From: an uncultured archaeon
GTDB lineage: Archaea; Altiarchaeota; Altiarchaeia; IMC4; SCGC-AAA252-I15
Length of the DNA: 64,000 bases
Assembly: GCA_902384455.1 (NCBI GenBank)
Contig: CABMCB010000094.1
Coordinates: 32,001-96,000, forward strand
Direction: 5' to 3'
The notes beneath the pieces were generated by a model. It saw only the letters and a program-made list of their open reading frames with translations, did no database searches and had not been told where the DNA came from. A program made the position numbers and the translations under genes. Of the stretch, positions 1 through 9,365 are shown piece after piece (within the stretch, counting starts at the first letter, position 1; each line of letters starts with the position of its first letter).

Positions 1-159
1 GTCAAACCCTTACGAAAAAATAACTTCTCAACCCTCAACTCATTATCCCGGTTACTAGGCGCGTGCTTACCCATCCTCCACACACGTGAGGAACACGCAT
101 ATAAAAACCCAGATCCTAGCAAAATTGACTAATTTTAACTGTCCAGCAAATAACATACC

Positions 160-3100
160 ATGACCGAGGATTTTGATTTTAGCACTTTCCTAAACCAGGG
201 GGCTATAATTGATAACCGCCGGTCATTTAATGAAAAGACAGTAACTCTAAAAAGGGTTTTAGAGAGCCTTGCTAAGGGTTCTGAGGCGTTCAAATGTGCT
301 GTTGGATACTTTTACATTGAGGGTCTTTCTGAGATAATCAACTCCTTAGATAACTTCAAAGAAATAAAGATTTTGATGGGCAGTGAGACAACGCCAAAAA
401 CAAAGACAGAACTGATTAATGCATTCAAGAACGGCTTCGATAAAATAGAAAAAAATGAAACGACTATTCCCGCTATCCTACTTTTTCATAAGCTTGTTAA
501 AGAGGCAAAAACTCTAAAAGTAAAAGTCTACTTGGGTGAAGATGGTAACTTCCAAAGACTACACTCAAAACTATATTTGTTCATAAAAGATAACGAATCA
601 AAAGAAGCCTTAGATAAGTACAAGGCCGCGGTTGTCGGATCATCCAATTTAACCCCGAGCGGTTTAATCGGCAATACTGAACTTGATGTAATAATTGAAA
701 GAAGGCCGGATTTACAGTATCTTGAGAAGTGGTTTGACGGTCTGTGGACAATTGGGACTGAGGAATTCGAGAAACTCAGGGTATCTGATGCAATAATTGA
801 AGCTATCGAAAAGTCGAAGTTTGGGGAGCATCTAAATGAATCGTATACTTACCTAGAACCGGTTGAGTTCTTTACCGTATTAATAAAATTCCTAAAAGCA
901 GATTATCTCTTTGAAGACTGGAAGAAATCAGGACTGTTCAAATTCCAAGTTATTGACACTATACGGTGTTTACGGCTCTTTAGGGAAAAGGACTATCGGG
1001 GCGTATTCTTAACCTCCTCAGTAGGTTTAGGTAAATCCTATGTGGCCTGCCAAATATCTGAAATACATTTACGCGAAAAAAAGGACGTACTCATAATAGG
1101 TCCAGCAAACCTTGTGCAAAGCGAAGACCAATGGCCGAGGTATCTAAAGGAGTTTAATCTTATTGGGAAAGTCCACCTTGTCTCTATGGGGGCTCTTCAG
1201 GACGATCCAGGCATAGTTTTCAACAAGAGATTTGTCAATTATTCCACCGGTGGAAAAGTTAAACTTGATAGCGAAAACAAATATGACCTCATTATTGTTG
1301 ACGAAGCCCACAACTATCGTAACCCCGATGCTTACCGCACACGCAACCTAAAGAGGATAATAGATTTAAACGGTAAAGCAAAGATACTTTTCTTAACTGC
1401 CACGCCGATTAATACACGCCTAGAAGACTTGATAAACCTGATTAACTTATTCCACCGACCCGGCGCGAATCTTTACTTTGATAAGATAATCCGTGACTTT
1501 AAGGCCATCCTAGGACATTTAGCGACTACTGAATTTGAGGATTTAACCGAATACGAAAGGGGTGAACTGGTTAAATTGCAGGAAGAAGTTGAAAAAGAAT
1601 TGTTTGTCAAATCAACAAGAGAAACAATAAAATCAGATGAAACATACATCCAAGAACTCAAGTATTTTACTGGTGTAGACATAACCAACATACCAGACCC
1701 CACTGTTGAGGGGGAGGTATATGTCCTTCATGAGCGTTACAGGCCCATTGTGAATGGAATTGTAGATTTCATAAATAGCCTAAGTGCAGCACACCTACGG
1801 ATAGTAGACCCCGAGAAGGGTATTAGGTTAGGTGGATTCTTCAAATGGGTGCTTTACAAGAGATTTGAAAGCAGTATCTACGCATATTACCTAACTCTGA
1901 CAAGATTAGCCAAGAAAAACATAAGCATTGAATCTGCAATACAAAACCGAGATATTAAATACCTTGAACCTGAAGACGAAGATGATATCCCGATCACTTT
2001 TGAGCTTGACTTCAAAGAAAATCTTCAAAAAGTTATCGACAAAATAAAACAGGGGAAAGGCGCAGAACACCTAGCAATCTTATCTGAACTCACAAAGGAT
2101 AGGGAACTGATTCAGGAAGAACTGAAAAAATTGACGCCCTTACTCAACAAAAAACAAATATTCGAGGACGACAAAAAACTAGAGAAATTAGAGCAAACAC
2201 TCAGAGAACAAAAAAATAAGAAGATACTTGTCTTTACCGAATACAAAGACACACTAAAAGCAATAAAGCAAGTAATAAGCGAAAATTTCGACCAGGAAAC
2301 AATAAGATTCGTCTCCTCAGACACAAAAAACAAAGAAGGGATAATAGAAAAATTCAACAACAAAAACTCCAACCTTAGAATACTAATAACTACCGACACC
2401 CTATCTGAAGGAGTTAACATAAGCGGGGCGGATATCGTAATAAACTACGACATACCCTACAATCCCGTAAGAATCATCCAAAGAATCGGTCGTGCAACTA
2501 GACTAGACAATCCCAAAGAGGTCCTAGTTATAAACTATAAACCTGATTCGGACATAGACAAAGAGCTTGAATTAGTCTCTAAGATGGATCTCCGAATCAA
2601 GGACATAATCAAATTCGTAGGAGTAGACTACAGAGTATGGATTGACAAAGAAAATGAGGTAAAAAAACTCTTAGAAGAAAGACGAGCAAGAGATAGGGTA
2701 AACTATGCCAAAGTACTAGAAAACATAAGAAACGACGTATGGTCCGGAGACTTCTCAGACCTCGAATCCAAGATACAATACACAAAACCGTCGCTAATCC
2801 TATTACAAAAAGCAATAAACAAATACCACCTGAAAAGAGAGGATATAGAAAAAACACAAGAAATACCACAAAAAGCGTACACCTGCCTGCAAGGACAACA
2901 TAACCTATCTGTATTCTACGGTAATGGAGAAACATTCAACGAAGAGCATCTCTCAAAAATCGACATAAAAGAGACGCGAAAAGAGATAATACTCGAAAGA
3001 GAATTCAAGAACGAATTAGATGACTTTTCAGAGCAACTAAAGAAGGAAAAACAAGAGGAGTTAAGCCTTAGGTATTATAACGACCGGATTGATAGAAAAA

Positions 3101-3375
3101 TCTACGATGTACTAGACATACTCAAAGCCGAGGGGTATACTGAGATATATCCAAAATCTAAGGGGTTTATTGATGTATTATTATCCGTTAAAGACAATTG
3201 TGGGGGTACTACAGAACAAGTTGTAAATAGAATACATAACGATATACGCAAAATATCAAATCAGAATTTAGATGAATGGATAGAGCGTATAACTATGAGT
3301 TTCACAAGAAAACACGTGCAAGAAAAACTAGTCAAAGAATCAGAGCACCGGCTAGCATTAGCACTCATTGAATAA
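160..3375 (+). CDS. PLD-family nuclease domain fused to SF2 (SNF2-like) helicase, R-M associated
   Basis: N-terminal HxK motif (LHSKLYLF...VGSSNLT). Helicase motifs VGLGKS, DEAH, TATP, SEGVN and QRIGR. Adjacent to a Type IIG methyltransferase. Confidence 0.85.
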   Translation: MTEDFDFSTFLNQGAIIDNRRSFNEKTVTLKRVLESLAKGSEAFKCAVGYFYIEGLSEIINSLDNFKEIKILMGSETTPKTKTELINAFKNGFDKIEKNETTIPAILLFHKLVKEAKTLKVKVYLGEDGNFQRLHSKLYLFIKDNESKEALDKYKAAVVGSSNLTPSGLIGNTELDVIIERRPDLQYLEKWFDGLWTIGTEEFEKLRVSDAIIEAIEKSKFGEHLNESYTYLEPVEFFTVLIKFLKADYLFEDWKKSGLFKFQVIDTIRCLRLFREKDYRGVFLTSSVGLGKSYVACQISEIHLREKKDVLIIGPANLVQSEDQWPRYLKEFNLIGKVHLVSMGALQDDPGIVFNKRFVNYSTGGKVKLDSENKYDLIIVDEAHNYRNPDAYRTRNLKRIIDLNGKAKILFLTATPINTRLEDLINLINLFHRPGANLYFDKIIRDFKAILGHLATTEFEDLTEYERGELVKLQEEVEKELFVKSTRETIKSDETYIQELKYFTGVDITNIPDPTVEGEVYVLHERYRPIVNGIVDFINSLSAAHLRIVDPEKGIRLGGFFKWVLYKRFESSIYAYYLTLTRLAKKNISIESAIQNRDIKYLEPEDEDDIPITFELDFKENLQKVIDKIKQGKGAEHLAILSELTKDRELIQEELKKLTPLLNKKQIFEDDKKLEKLEQTLREQKNKKILVFTEYKDTLKAIKQVISENFDQETIRFVSSDTKNKEGIIEKFNNKNSNLRILITTDTLSEGVNISGADIVINYDIPYNPVRIIQRIGRATRLDNPKEVLVINYKPDSDIDKELELVSKMDLRIKDIIKFVGVDYRVWIDKENEVKKLLEERRARDRVNYAKVLENIRNDVWSGDFSDLESKIQYTKPSLILLQKAINKYHLKREDIEKTQEIPQKAYTCLQGQHNLSVFYGNGETFNEEHLSKIDIKETRKEIILEREFKNELDDFSEQLKKEKQEELSLRYYNDRIDRKIYDVLDILKAEGYTEIYPKSKGFIDVLLSVKDNCGGTTEQVVNRIHNDIRKISNQNLDEWIERITMSFTRKHVQEKLVKESEHRLALALIE

Positions 3376-3381
3376 TCAAAG

Positions 3382-6300
3382 ATGAGGATACAGGACATCT
3401 TAGGGGGGGGACAAAAACTTGAGGAATTTTTAATAGAAAAAGGCTATAAAGTTGAAACTGAGTATATTGACAAAGAATATCCCTCAGCACTTTTTATTAA
3501 GTTAGATAAAAGACGATTACTAGCAATTATTGAATTATCTAATGAAGAATCTATTAAGGAAATAAAAAATTATTTTCTTATTGATAAAGGATTAACCCAT
3601 TGTTGTTTGATTCTTCCTCAAAAACTGTTATTCTTTAGGAACTTCGGTGAACGAAGATATTTCCTATACTCTCAAAGGACTAGTGATTCAATTTCAAAAA
3701 TCGACAAACTAGATAAAATAAATGATGATTTTGATTTGTTATTCCAAACTCGAGATGTCTCTGGCGACTTTTACGAAAAATTTAGACTTAAACGAGATTT
3801 TCTTGTCAGGCATATACAGAATGATTTTGAGTCTCCAGAAAAATATCTCATTGCTCAAAAAATATTTGATAGAATCTTCTTTATCTATTTTTTGTGTCAT
3901 AAGGGTATAATAAAATTTTCAGATGGTCGTGCTATAGGGGGGAAATCTCTATTTAAAATACTGCTTGAAAATGGCGAATTCACAAAAAATTTAAAAAATT
4001 TATTCCATCTATTCAATGACGTTGAAGGAAAGTCCATTAAGATTGGTGATAATGTTATCTTAGTACCATATCTTAATGGTGGCCTTTTTCGCCCAGATGT
4101 TTTAGAGCTAGATTTAGATATTTCTCTCACAAATAAAGATTGGAATTCTATCCTAGATTTTCTTAATGACTATCATTGGATTATAGAGGACGATATTACC
4201 GTAGCTGTCCACGACGAAGAAAAAGTATTAACTCCCGAGATATTGGGGCATGTTTATGAACGGGGTGTAGTTGAATGGGAGAATATTGGTTATAATAATG
4301 CTGCAGATGAATCTACAGGTAAAAAGTCGATAAGTGAAAGGAAGAAGAAGGGAGTATATTATACTCCCGAAGAGATTACTGACTATATATCTAGAAACAC
4401 AATTTTCCCATATATCCTTGAAAAATTTGGGGGAAAGTATTCGAGTATAGAAGATATCTTGGATATTGGGGATAAATCAGATTTAGAAGAATTAAAAAAT
4501 ATTTCATTAAATCTGAAGATATTAGACCCTGCATGCGGTAGTGGGGCTTTTTTAATAAATGCGGCCGAAATTTTGTTCTATCTTAATGCAAGAATAAATT
4601 CAAAGCTGGGTATAAAACAGAGATATTATGACATTAAACTTGATATTGTAACAGAAAACATATATGGTGTTGATATACTGCAAGGATCTTCAGAAATATC
4701 AAAGTTACGACTATGGTTATGGTTGATAGCTGATTATGTTGACGTAGTAGATATCAAAGCATTACCCAACATCGAGTATAACATCCGTGTAGGGAATAGT
4801 CTCGTTGGATGGATAGATGAAAAATTGGCCCAGATACCATTAAGGAGCCCACTAACAGATGAGATAGTGGGAATATTCAAAGGACTTAGGGTATACTCAA
4901 ATAATCAAGATACGCAAAAAATTGAAAAAGCTAGAGCATTATTAGGGGATAATGAATGGACCTCAAATAACCCTACCCATCCATTAGAGCGGTATATAGA
5001 AGCATATTCACTTCTCTACTCGATATATAGGAAATCTCATGGGATTAAGGCTGAAAATTTAAAGGGCATAATCGAAACTATTCGAAAAGCAATTTACTCG
5101 AGTATAAGTCCCGGATATTACGAGTATGTTAATGACCGCTTAAAAAAAGACCATATTCGCCCTATTCCGTATACTGAATTTTACCAATTAAAACCATTCC
5201 ATTGGAGAGTAGATTTTGGGGATATTATCAAGAGGGGGGGATTTGATATAGTAATTGGAAATCCACCTTATGTCGATGCACAAACCCAATCATCTAAATA
5301 TGAAAAAACAACGATTAAGGCGCTGTATTTGTCATACACAAATAATTGTGATTATTATGTTCCGTTCATTGAGCTAGGTGCAATAAAACTATGCAGTAAA
5401 GACGGTAGGTTCTCATATATCTGCCCAAATAATTTTTTAAAGCTAGAGTATGGTAAAAACATAAGGAAGCTATTAGAAGGGAGAGTGTATGAGATAGATG
5501 ATTTTGGAGCAAACCAAGTATTTTATGGGTCAGATATCACTAACTATTCCCTTTTGATATTTTCTAGAGGCAAATGTAAGATTCTGGATTATCGATATTT
5601 TAAGTATAAAAAAGATTTTGAACCTATCCTTAAGTCGGGTAGATTAAACTTTTCTTATCCAGCTGATGAATTTGAAGATAATATTTCATATCATTCATTA
5701 TATCAAGATTATAAGGGATTTGTACTTTTTAATGAAAGTCCCTGGATTTTTTTAACAAAGCTTGAGGAGAAATATCTCCCAAATATAATAACAGATAATA
5801 TTCCATTAACTGAAGTTATTGGTGCAAAAATCCATGAAGGAAGTAGTACCGGAGATGATGATTTCTATCTCTTAGAGGATTGTAAAAACAAGAAGGGTTT
5901 GATTGAGGGTTTTTCTAAACTGAAAGAGGAGAGGATTACTATTGAAAAAGAGTTATGTAAAAAATATGTTAAAAGAATATCTGAAGACTTCAGGATAGTT
6001 GATGAAAATATGTTCTTGGTATTTCCATATAAAAAACAGGGCGACGGATACATTTCCCTCTCCGAAAAAGAACTAAAAAAATACTCGATTGGTTATCCAT
6101 ATTTCAAGGAATTTAGGGGTAGACTGGAAAAACGAGAAGACATTAAGAAGAAATCAAATTTTGAAGACACGTGGTTTCTATTCTCTGCAGCGAGAAGTTT
6201 AGAGTATTACGATAAAAACAAGATTATTATGAAATTTACCTCTAAAGACAAACCAAAATTTGCTATCGATAAAGAGGGATACTTTCATAATGCTTCGATT

Positions 6301-6591
6301 AATAACATCACGATAGAGGCATCTATTGATATCCCGGTAGAAGTGTTATTCAATATTCTAGTTTCAGATTTTACAAAATATTTTATTGCAAGGTTTGGTA
6401 CTTTTCTCAGGGGGGGGTATATTAGATATGAAGAACGTTTTTTGAAAAATTTACCAATACCAAAAAAGATAAAGACGAAAAGATGTACGGATATGAAAAC
6501 TAGTTATGGATATGATTCCTTATTTGATAAATTTATTGAAAAATTTTTAGAAGAATGGATTTCAGATAACGGTAATTCAGAACTGCAATAG
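3382..6591 (+). CDS. Type IIG (Eco57I-like) restriction-modification enzyme / N6-adenine DNA methyltransferase with target-recognition domain
   Basis: YLNGGLF, GVYYTP, DPACGSGAF (SAM binding), GNPPY (catalytic), and a C-terminal TaqI-like region (LKNLPIP). Strongly AT-rich. Confidence 0.88.
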   Translation: MRIQDILGGGQKLEEFLIEKGYKVETEYIDKEYPSALFIKLDKRRLLAIIELSNEESIKEIKNYFLIDKGLTHCCLILPQKLLFFRNFGERRYFLYSQRTSDSISKIDKLDKINDDFDLLFQTRDVSGDFYEKFRLKRDFLVRHIQNDFESPEKYLIAQKIFDRIFFIYFLCHKGIIKFSDGRAIGGKSLFKILLENGEFTKNLKNLFHLFNDVEGKSIKIGDNVILVPYLNGGLFRPDVLELDLDISLTNKDWNSILDFLNDYHWIIEDDITVAVHDEEKVLTPEILGHVYERGVVEWENIGYNNAADESTGKKSISERKKKGVYYTPEEITDYISRNTIFPYILEKFGGKYSSIEDILDIGDKSDLEELKNISLNLKILDPACGSGAFLINAAEILFYLNARINSKLGIKQRYYDIKLDIVTENIYGVDILQGSSEISKLRLWLWLIADYVDVVDIKALPNIEYNIRVGNSLVGWIDEKLAQIPLRSPLTDEIVGIFKGLRVYSNNQDTQKIEKARALLGDNEWTSNNPTHPLERYIEAYSLLYSIYRKSHGIKAENLKGIIETIRKAIYSSISPGYYEYVNDRLKKDHIRPIPYTEFYQLKPFHWRVDFGDIIKRGGFDIVIGNPPYVDAQTQSSKYEKTTIKALYLSYTNNCDYYVPFIELGAIKLCSKDGRFSYICPNNFLKLEYGKNIRKLLEGRVYEIDDFGANQVFYGSDITNYSLLIFSRGKCKILDYRYFKYKKDFEPILKSGRLNFSYPADEFEDNISYHSLYQDYKGFVLFNESPWIFLTKLEEKYLPNIITDNIPLTEVIGAKIHEGSSTGDDDFYLLEDCKNKKGLIEGFSKLKEERITIEKELCKKYVKRISEDFRIVDENMFLVFPYKKQGDGYISLSEKELKKYSIGYPYFKEFRGRLEKREDIKKKSNFEDTWFLFSAARSLEYYDKNKIIMKFTSKDKPKFAIDKEGYFHNASINNITIEASIDIPVEVLFNILVSDFTKYFIARFGTFLRGGYIRYEERFLKNLPIPKKIKTKRCTDMKTSYGYDSLFDKFIEKFLEEWISDNGNSELQ

Positions 6592-6626
6592 TCTGTCACA
6601 AGTTAACTCGAGTATATTATTTGTTC

Positions 6627-7712
6627 ATGCAAGTACATGAACAAAAGATACGTCTTGAGCATAAGCGGGCTGTTATCCATTCTTTTTCGCCTTATCTGGC
6701 AACTTTTCCGGATGAGATTCCGAAGTACGTTATCGACAGGTTTCTGCCTCCTGCGGCGTTGAGGAAGAATTGCGGCGGCAAGAAGCTGATTCTAGACCCA
6801 TTTTGCGGCTCTGGGACCACGCTCGTCGTGGCGGCCGAGAACAATGTGAAGGCTATTGGGGTGGATTTTAATCCTATGGCGGTTTTGATTTCGAACGTCA
6901 AGTGTCGTCCTTTCTGTGAGCGGGATTTTGCGGATGCCGAGGCGCTGCTTGAGGAGATCAGCGGGTGTTTGCCTTTCTCCGGCGGCAGAAACATCGATTT
7001 GTCGGTGGATTTGGATAAGGTGAAGTACTGGTTTCACTCCAAGGTCGCGGATGACCTATTTACGTTGAGGGACGTTATCATAGGATGCAGGAACGAGAAG
7101 GTCAGGAACCTGGCGCTGGTAGTCTATGCCGTCACTTTGAGGGCCTGCAGCTATGCAAAGAATGACACTCTTTCGAGGGCGAGGAAGACGTACGCGATAA
7201 TCGAGGCCTCTCGCGCCAATGCCTTCAGGGATTTCGCCGGGCGGTTCGAGAAGGCGTTGACGTTGAAGCGGGATCAGAAGTTGCTGGTCGCGGATAATAT
7301 GGCTGTGGAGGGGGATTCTAGGCGTCTTTTCTTCGATGACTGCTTGTTTGATTGCATTGTGACGTCGCCGCCTTACATAGCGAGCATCAGCTATTCGACT
7401 CCTTTCGATTTGTTCTACGTCTTCATGAACCAGCGGATTGAGAAGAAGGGGTTCATCAACGGCGAAGACAAGGAGAAGTTCTTCGACGGCATGAAGCAGG
7501 CGTATAACGAGATGTTCAGGGTCTTGAAGAAAGACGCTCCGTGCGTGATGGTCGTCGGCGAGCGGGAGGTGAAAGGCACGATAGAACACATGGTTGAGGC
7601 CGGATTCGTCCTTGAGGAGAAGTTGTTTTACGACATCAAAGGCGGATGCCGCGGCTTTTTCCACGGAATAAAGAGGCTGAAGGAATACGTGCTGGTGTTC
7701 CGTAAGCCTTAG
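6627..7712 (+). CDS. Orphan DNA amino-methyltransferase, probably N4-cytosine (alpha motif order)
   Basis: HSFSPYLATFP, then LDPFCGSGT, then VTSPPY. The ATG at 6627 is preferred over the TTG at 6621. Confidence 0.8.
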   Translation: MQVHEQKIRLEHKRAVIHSFSPYLATFPDEIPKYVIDRFLPPAALRKNCGGKKLILDPFCGSGTTLVVAAENNVKAIGVDFNPMAVLISNVKCRPFCERDFADAEALLEEISGCLPFSGGRNIDLSVDLDKVKYWFHSKVADDLFTLRDVIIGCRNEKVRNLALVVYAVTLRACSYAKNDTLSRARKTYAIIEASRANAFRDFAGRFEKALTLKRDQKLLVADNMAVEGDSRRLFFDDCLFDCIVTSPPYIASISYSTPFDLFYVFMNQRIEKKGFINGEDKEKFFDGMKQAYNEMFRVLKKDAPCVMVVGEREVKGTIEHMVEAGFVLEEKLFYDIKGGCRGFFHGIKRLKEYVLVFRKP

Positions 7713-8005
7713 AATTCAGCCGAGAAGTCGGGGTTGATGAGGCCTATTATTTTGTTGGCCTCGTTTATCGTTTCTTCCTTCTTGCAGGGGTCTTTGAGGT
7801 AGATTTGTATCGTGCCGGAGGTGAAGAACAACACCGAGGCGTCGGGTAGGTGGACTATAACCCTGTTGGTTATGTCCGGGTTGTATTCGGCTGAATACTT
7901 CTCGTTCAGCAACTGATAGAGCTTGTCAAGGTTGATCCGATTCTTTATCCTGCCCTTCAGCATCATACCGCATACTTTGTAGTCCACTTCGACACCCCCA
8001 CTCAT
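7709..8005 (-). CDS. Single-repeat TATA-binding-protein (TBP)-like protein
   Basis: 98 aa match one TBP repeat by eye: INLDKL..AEYNPD...VIVHL.DASVLFFTSGTIQI...EETINEANKII versus the typical LDLE.I..AEYEPE.FPGLVYRL..PKVT.LIFSSGKLVI.G. Confidence 0.75.
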   Translation of the reverse strand: MSGGVEVDYKVCGMMLKGRIKNRINLDKLYQLLNEKYSAEYNPDITNRVIVHLPDASVLFFTSGTIQIYLKDPCKKEETINEANKIIGLINPDFSAEF

Positions 8006-8050
8006 AGTCTAAGTTCTTGGTTATCCCGTGACTTGTCGTTTTAGCTAGTC

Positions 8051-8485
8051 CTATCGGTAGGCATCTATGTTCTTCTCCACCGTCCCTAGGAATTCCTTAA
8101 CCTCCCTTATCTTGTCTTTGGTTATCATGACGTCGCCGAAGTTCTCCCAATGGCCTCCCTTCTTCTTGGCTTCTTTGATTCGTATGAAGGGTTTTCCGTA
8201 CTGGGATATGAAAGTGTCCAGGAACAGGATGTGGTCTTGGTCGAGCCTGACCCTCTTCTGCCATTTCCCGTTTCCGTTGAAGAAGTAGATTATGGAGTTG
8301 CCTAGGCGTTCGCTGTTGACCCTGCCGATGGACTCCAAGTAGTCCATGTGTTTTTGCACTGTCGCCCAGGCAAGGTTAGTTCCTTCTGATACTTGGTTTG
8401 TGGATGCCTTCTTGTTCTTCGCAAGGAAGCACTCTATCCGCTTTCTCGCCTCGTCCTCGACTTCGTTGTGAGTCGGCTCTTTCAT
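8051..8485 (-). CDS. Winged-HTH protein fused to a PUR/PC4-like single-stranded nucleic-acid-binding domain
   Basis: Start reassigned to MKEPTH (ATG at 8485). The wHTH reads STNQVSEGTNLAWATVQKHMDYLESIGRV plus a wing. The C-terminal LFLDTFISQYGKPFIRIKEAKK...VMITKDKIREVKEFL resembles the PUR/PC4 fold. Confidence 0.7.
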   Translation of the reverse strand: MKEPTHNEVEDEARKRIECFLAKNKKASTNQVSEGTNLAWATVQKHMDYLESIGRVNSERLGNSIIYFFNGNGKWQKRVRLDQDHILFLDTFISQYGKPFIRIKEAKKKGGHWENFGDVMITKDKIREVKEFLGTVEKNIDAYR

Positions 8486-8505
8486 GAGATAGATTGCGCT
8501 CTCGC

Positions 8506-8514
8506 GATATAAAG
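8506..8514. promoter_or_regulatory. TATA box in the divergent intergenic region (TTTATA on the minus strand, ~25 bp before the ATG at 8485; TATAAA on the plus strand)
   Basis: gatataaag; the spacing fits a leaderless archaeal promoter. Confidence 0.5.
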
Positions 8515-8608
8515 AACTTCTCTCAGAGAGCATGGGAAAAGTTTCATTTTTCCTGTGGACATCGACGAAACCCACAAGTGAACCAACTGCATCATATGTT
8601 ACCTCAAA

Positions 8609-9022
8609 ATGGACAACAAACTTTTCACCAGAACCGTATGGAAGCCCGAGAAGGGCGAATACATCGTGGAGATAGAGGAAATGGGGAAGATGCTCGTGGA
8701 CACGCCCTACGGGAAACGCAAGGCCGTTTTCATCAAAGTGGGCGGGGAGCCGTACGTCTGGTTCATAAACCACTACGGCAAGGTGGTGGAGAAGGCCATA
8801 GAAACGCGGCTTGACGGCATACTCTCTAAGAGGAAATCGGGCAAGGCGCTTGTCAAGGTCACTGTGGATGAGGCGGACGGGAGGAAGCTCTATGACATTG
8901 AGGAAGTCAAAGCTACGCCTGAGTCCATCGTCGTTTCCGTCGGTATATACGTGAGCGACGGCGAAGGCGAGGACTACCACCTCATCCACTCTGACACGAT
9001 ACCCGTTGGAGGTAAGAAATGA
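8609..9022 (+). CDS. Hypothetical beta-rich protein, possibly OB-fold ssDNA-binding; first gene of the transfer operon
   Basis: 137-aa ORF with alternating beta-strand pattern (WKPEKGEYIVEI...TPYGKR.AVFIKV). Its stop overlaps the pilin start (ATGA). Confidence 0.55.
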   Translation: MDNKLFTRTVWKPEKGEYIVEIEEMGKMLVDTPYGKRKAVFIKVGGEPYVWFINHYGKVVEKAIETRLDGILSKRKSGKALVKVTVDEADGRKLYDIEEVKATPESIVVSVGIYVSDGEGEDYHLIHSDTIPVGGKK

Positions 9023-9345
9023 AGGAAAAACTTTGGATCACGATGTTTGCGGTGATGGTGATGACGCAGATTGCGGTCGCGGGTCTGGGGGACATAAACG
9101 ACCCCAGCCAGGGGATAGCGATAAACGAGTTCCTCTGGAACGTCATAAACCTCATACGGTTCATAGCCGCCGCAGTCTGCGTACTCGCCCTAAGCTGGGC
9201 TGGCCTAGTCATGATATTCGGCCTCTTCGGAGGTACGGAGAACCACGCCAGAGCCAAGGAAATAGCAGGAGCCGCGATACTAGGCCTCATCCTGGTTGTG
9301 CTGGCTCCGAGCATAGTGAATTGGATAGTCAACGGGATTCACTGA
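9019..9345 (+). CDS. VirB2/TrbC-like conjugative pilin
   Basis: 108 aa with a signal-like N-terminus and two hydrophobic segments separated by ARAKEI..AILGLILV, typical of the TrbC/VirB2 family. Lies upstream of VirB6/VirB4-like genes. Confidence 0.7.
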   Translation: MKEKLWITMFAVMVMTQIAVAGLGDINDPSQGIAINEFLWNVINLIRFIAAAVCVLALSWAGLVMIFGLFGGTENHARAKEIAGAAILGLILVVLAPSIVNWIVNGIH

Positions 9346-9365
9346 AATCCCGTCTTTCCCCATCA

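Noticed and set aside
8486-8989. N-terminal half of the 312-aa track ORF 8051..8989
   Set aside because: It is the antisense shadow of 8609..9022. The real protein starts at ATG 8485, behind a TATA box.
9006-9365. N-terminal extension of the 592-aa ORF
   Set aside because: It overlaps the pilin gene in another frame, and the signal peptide begins at 9366.
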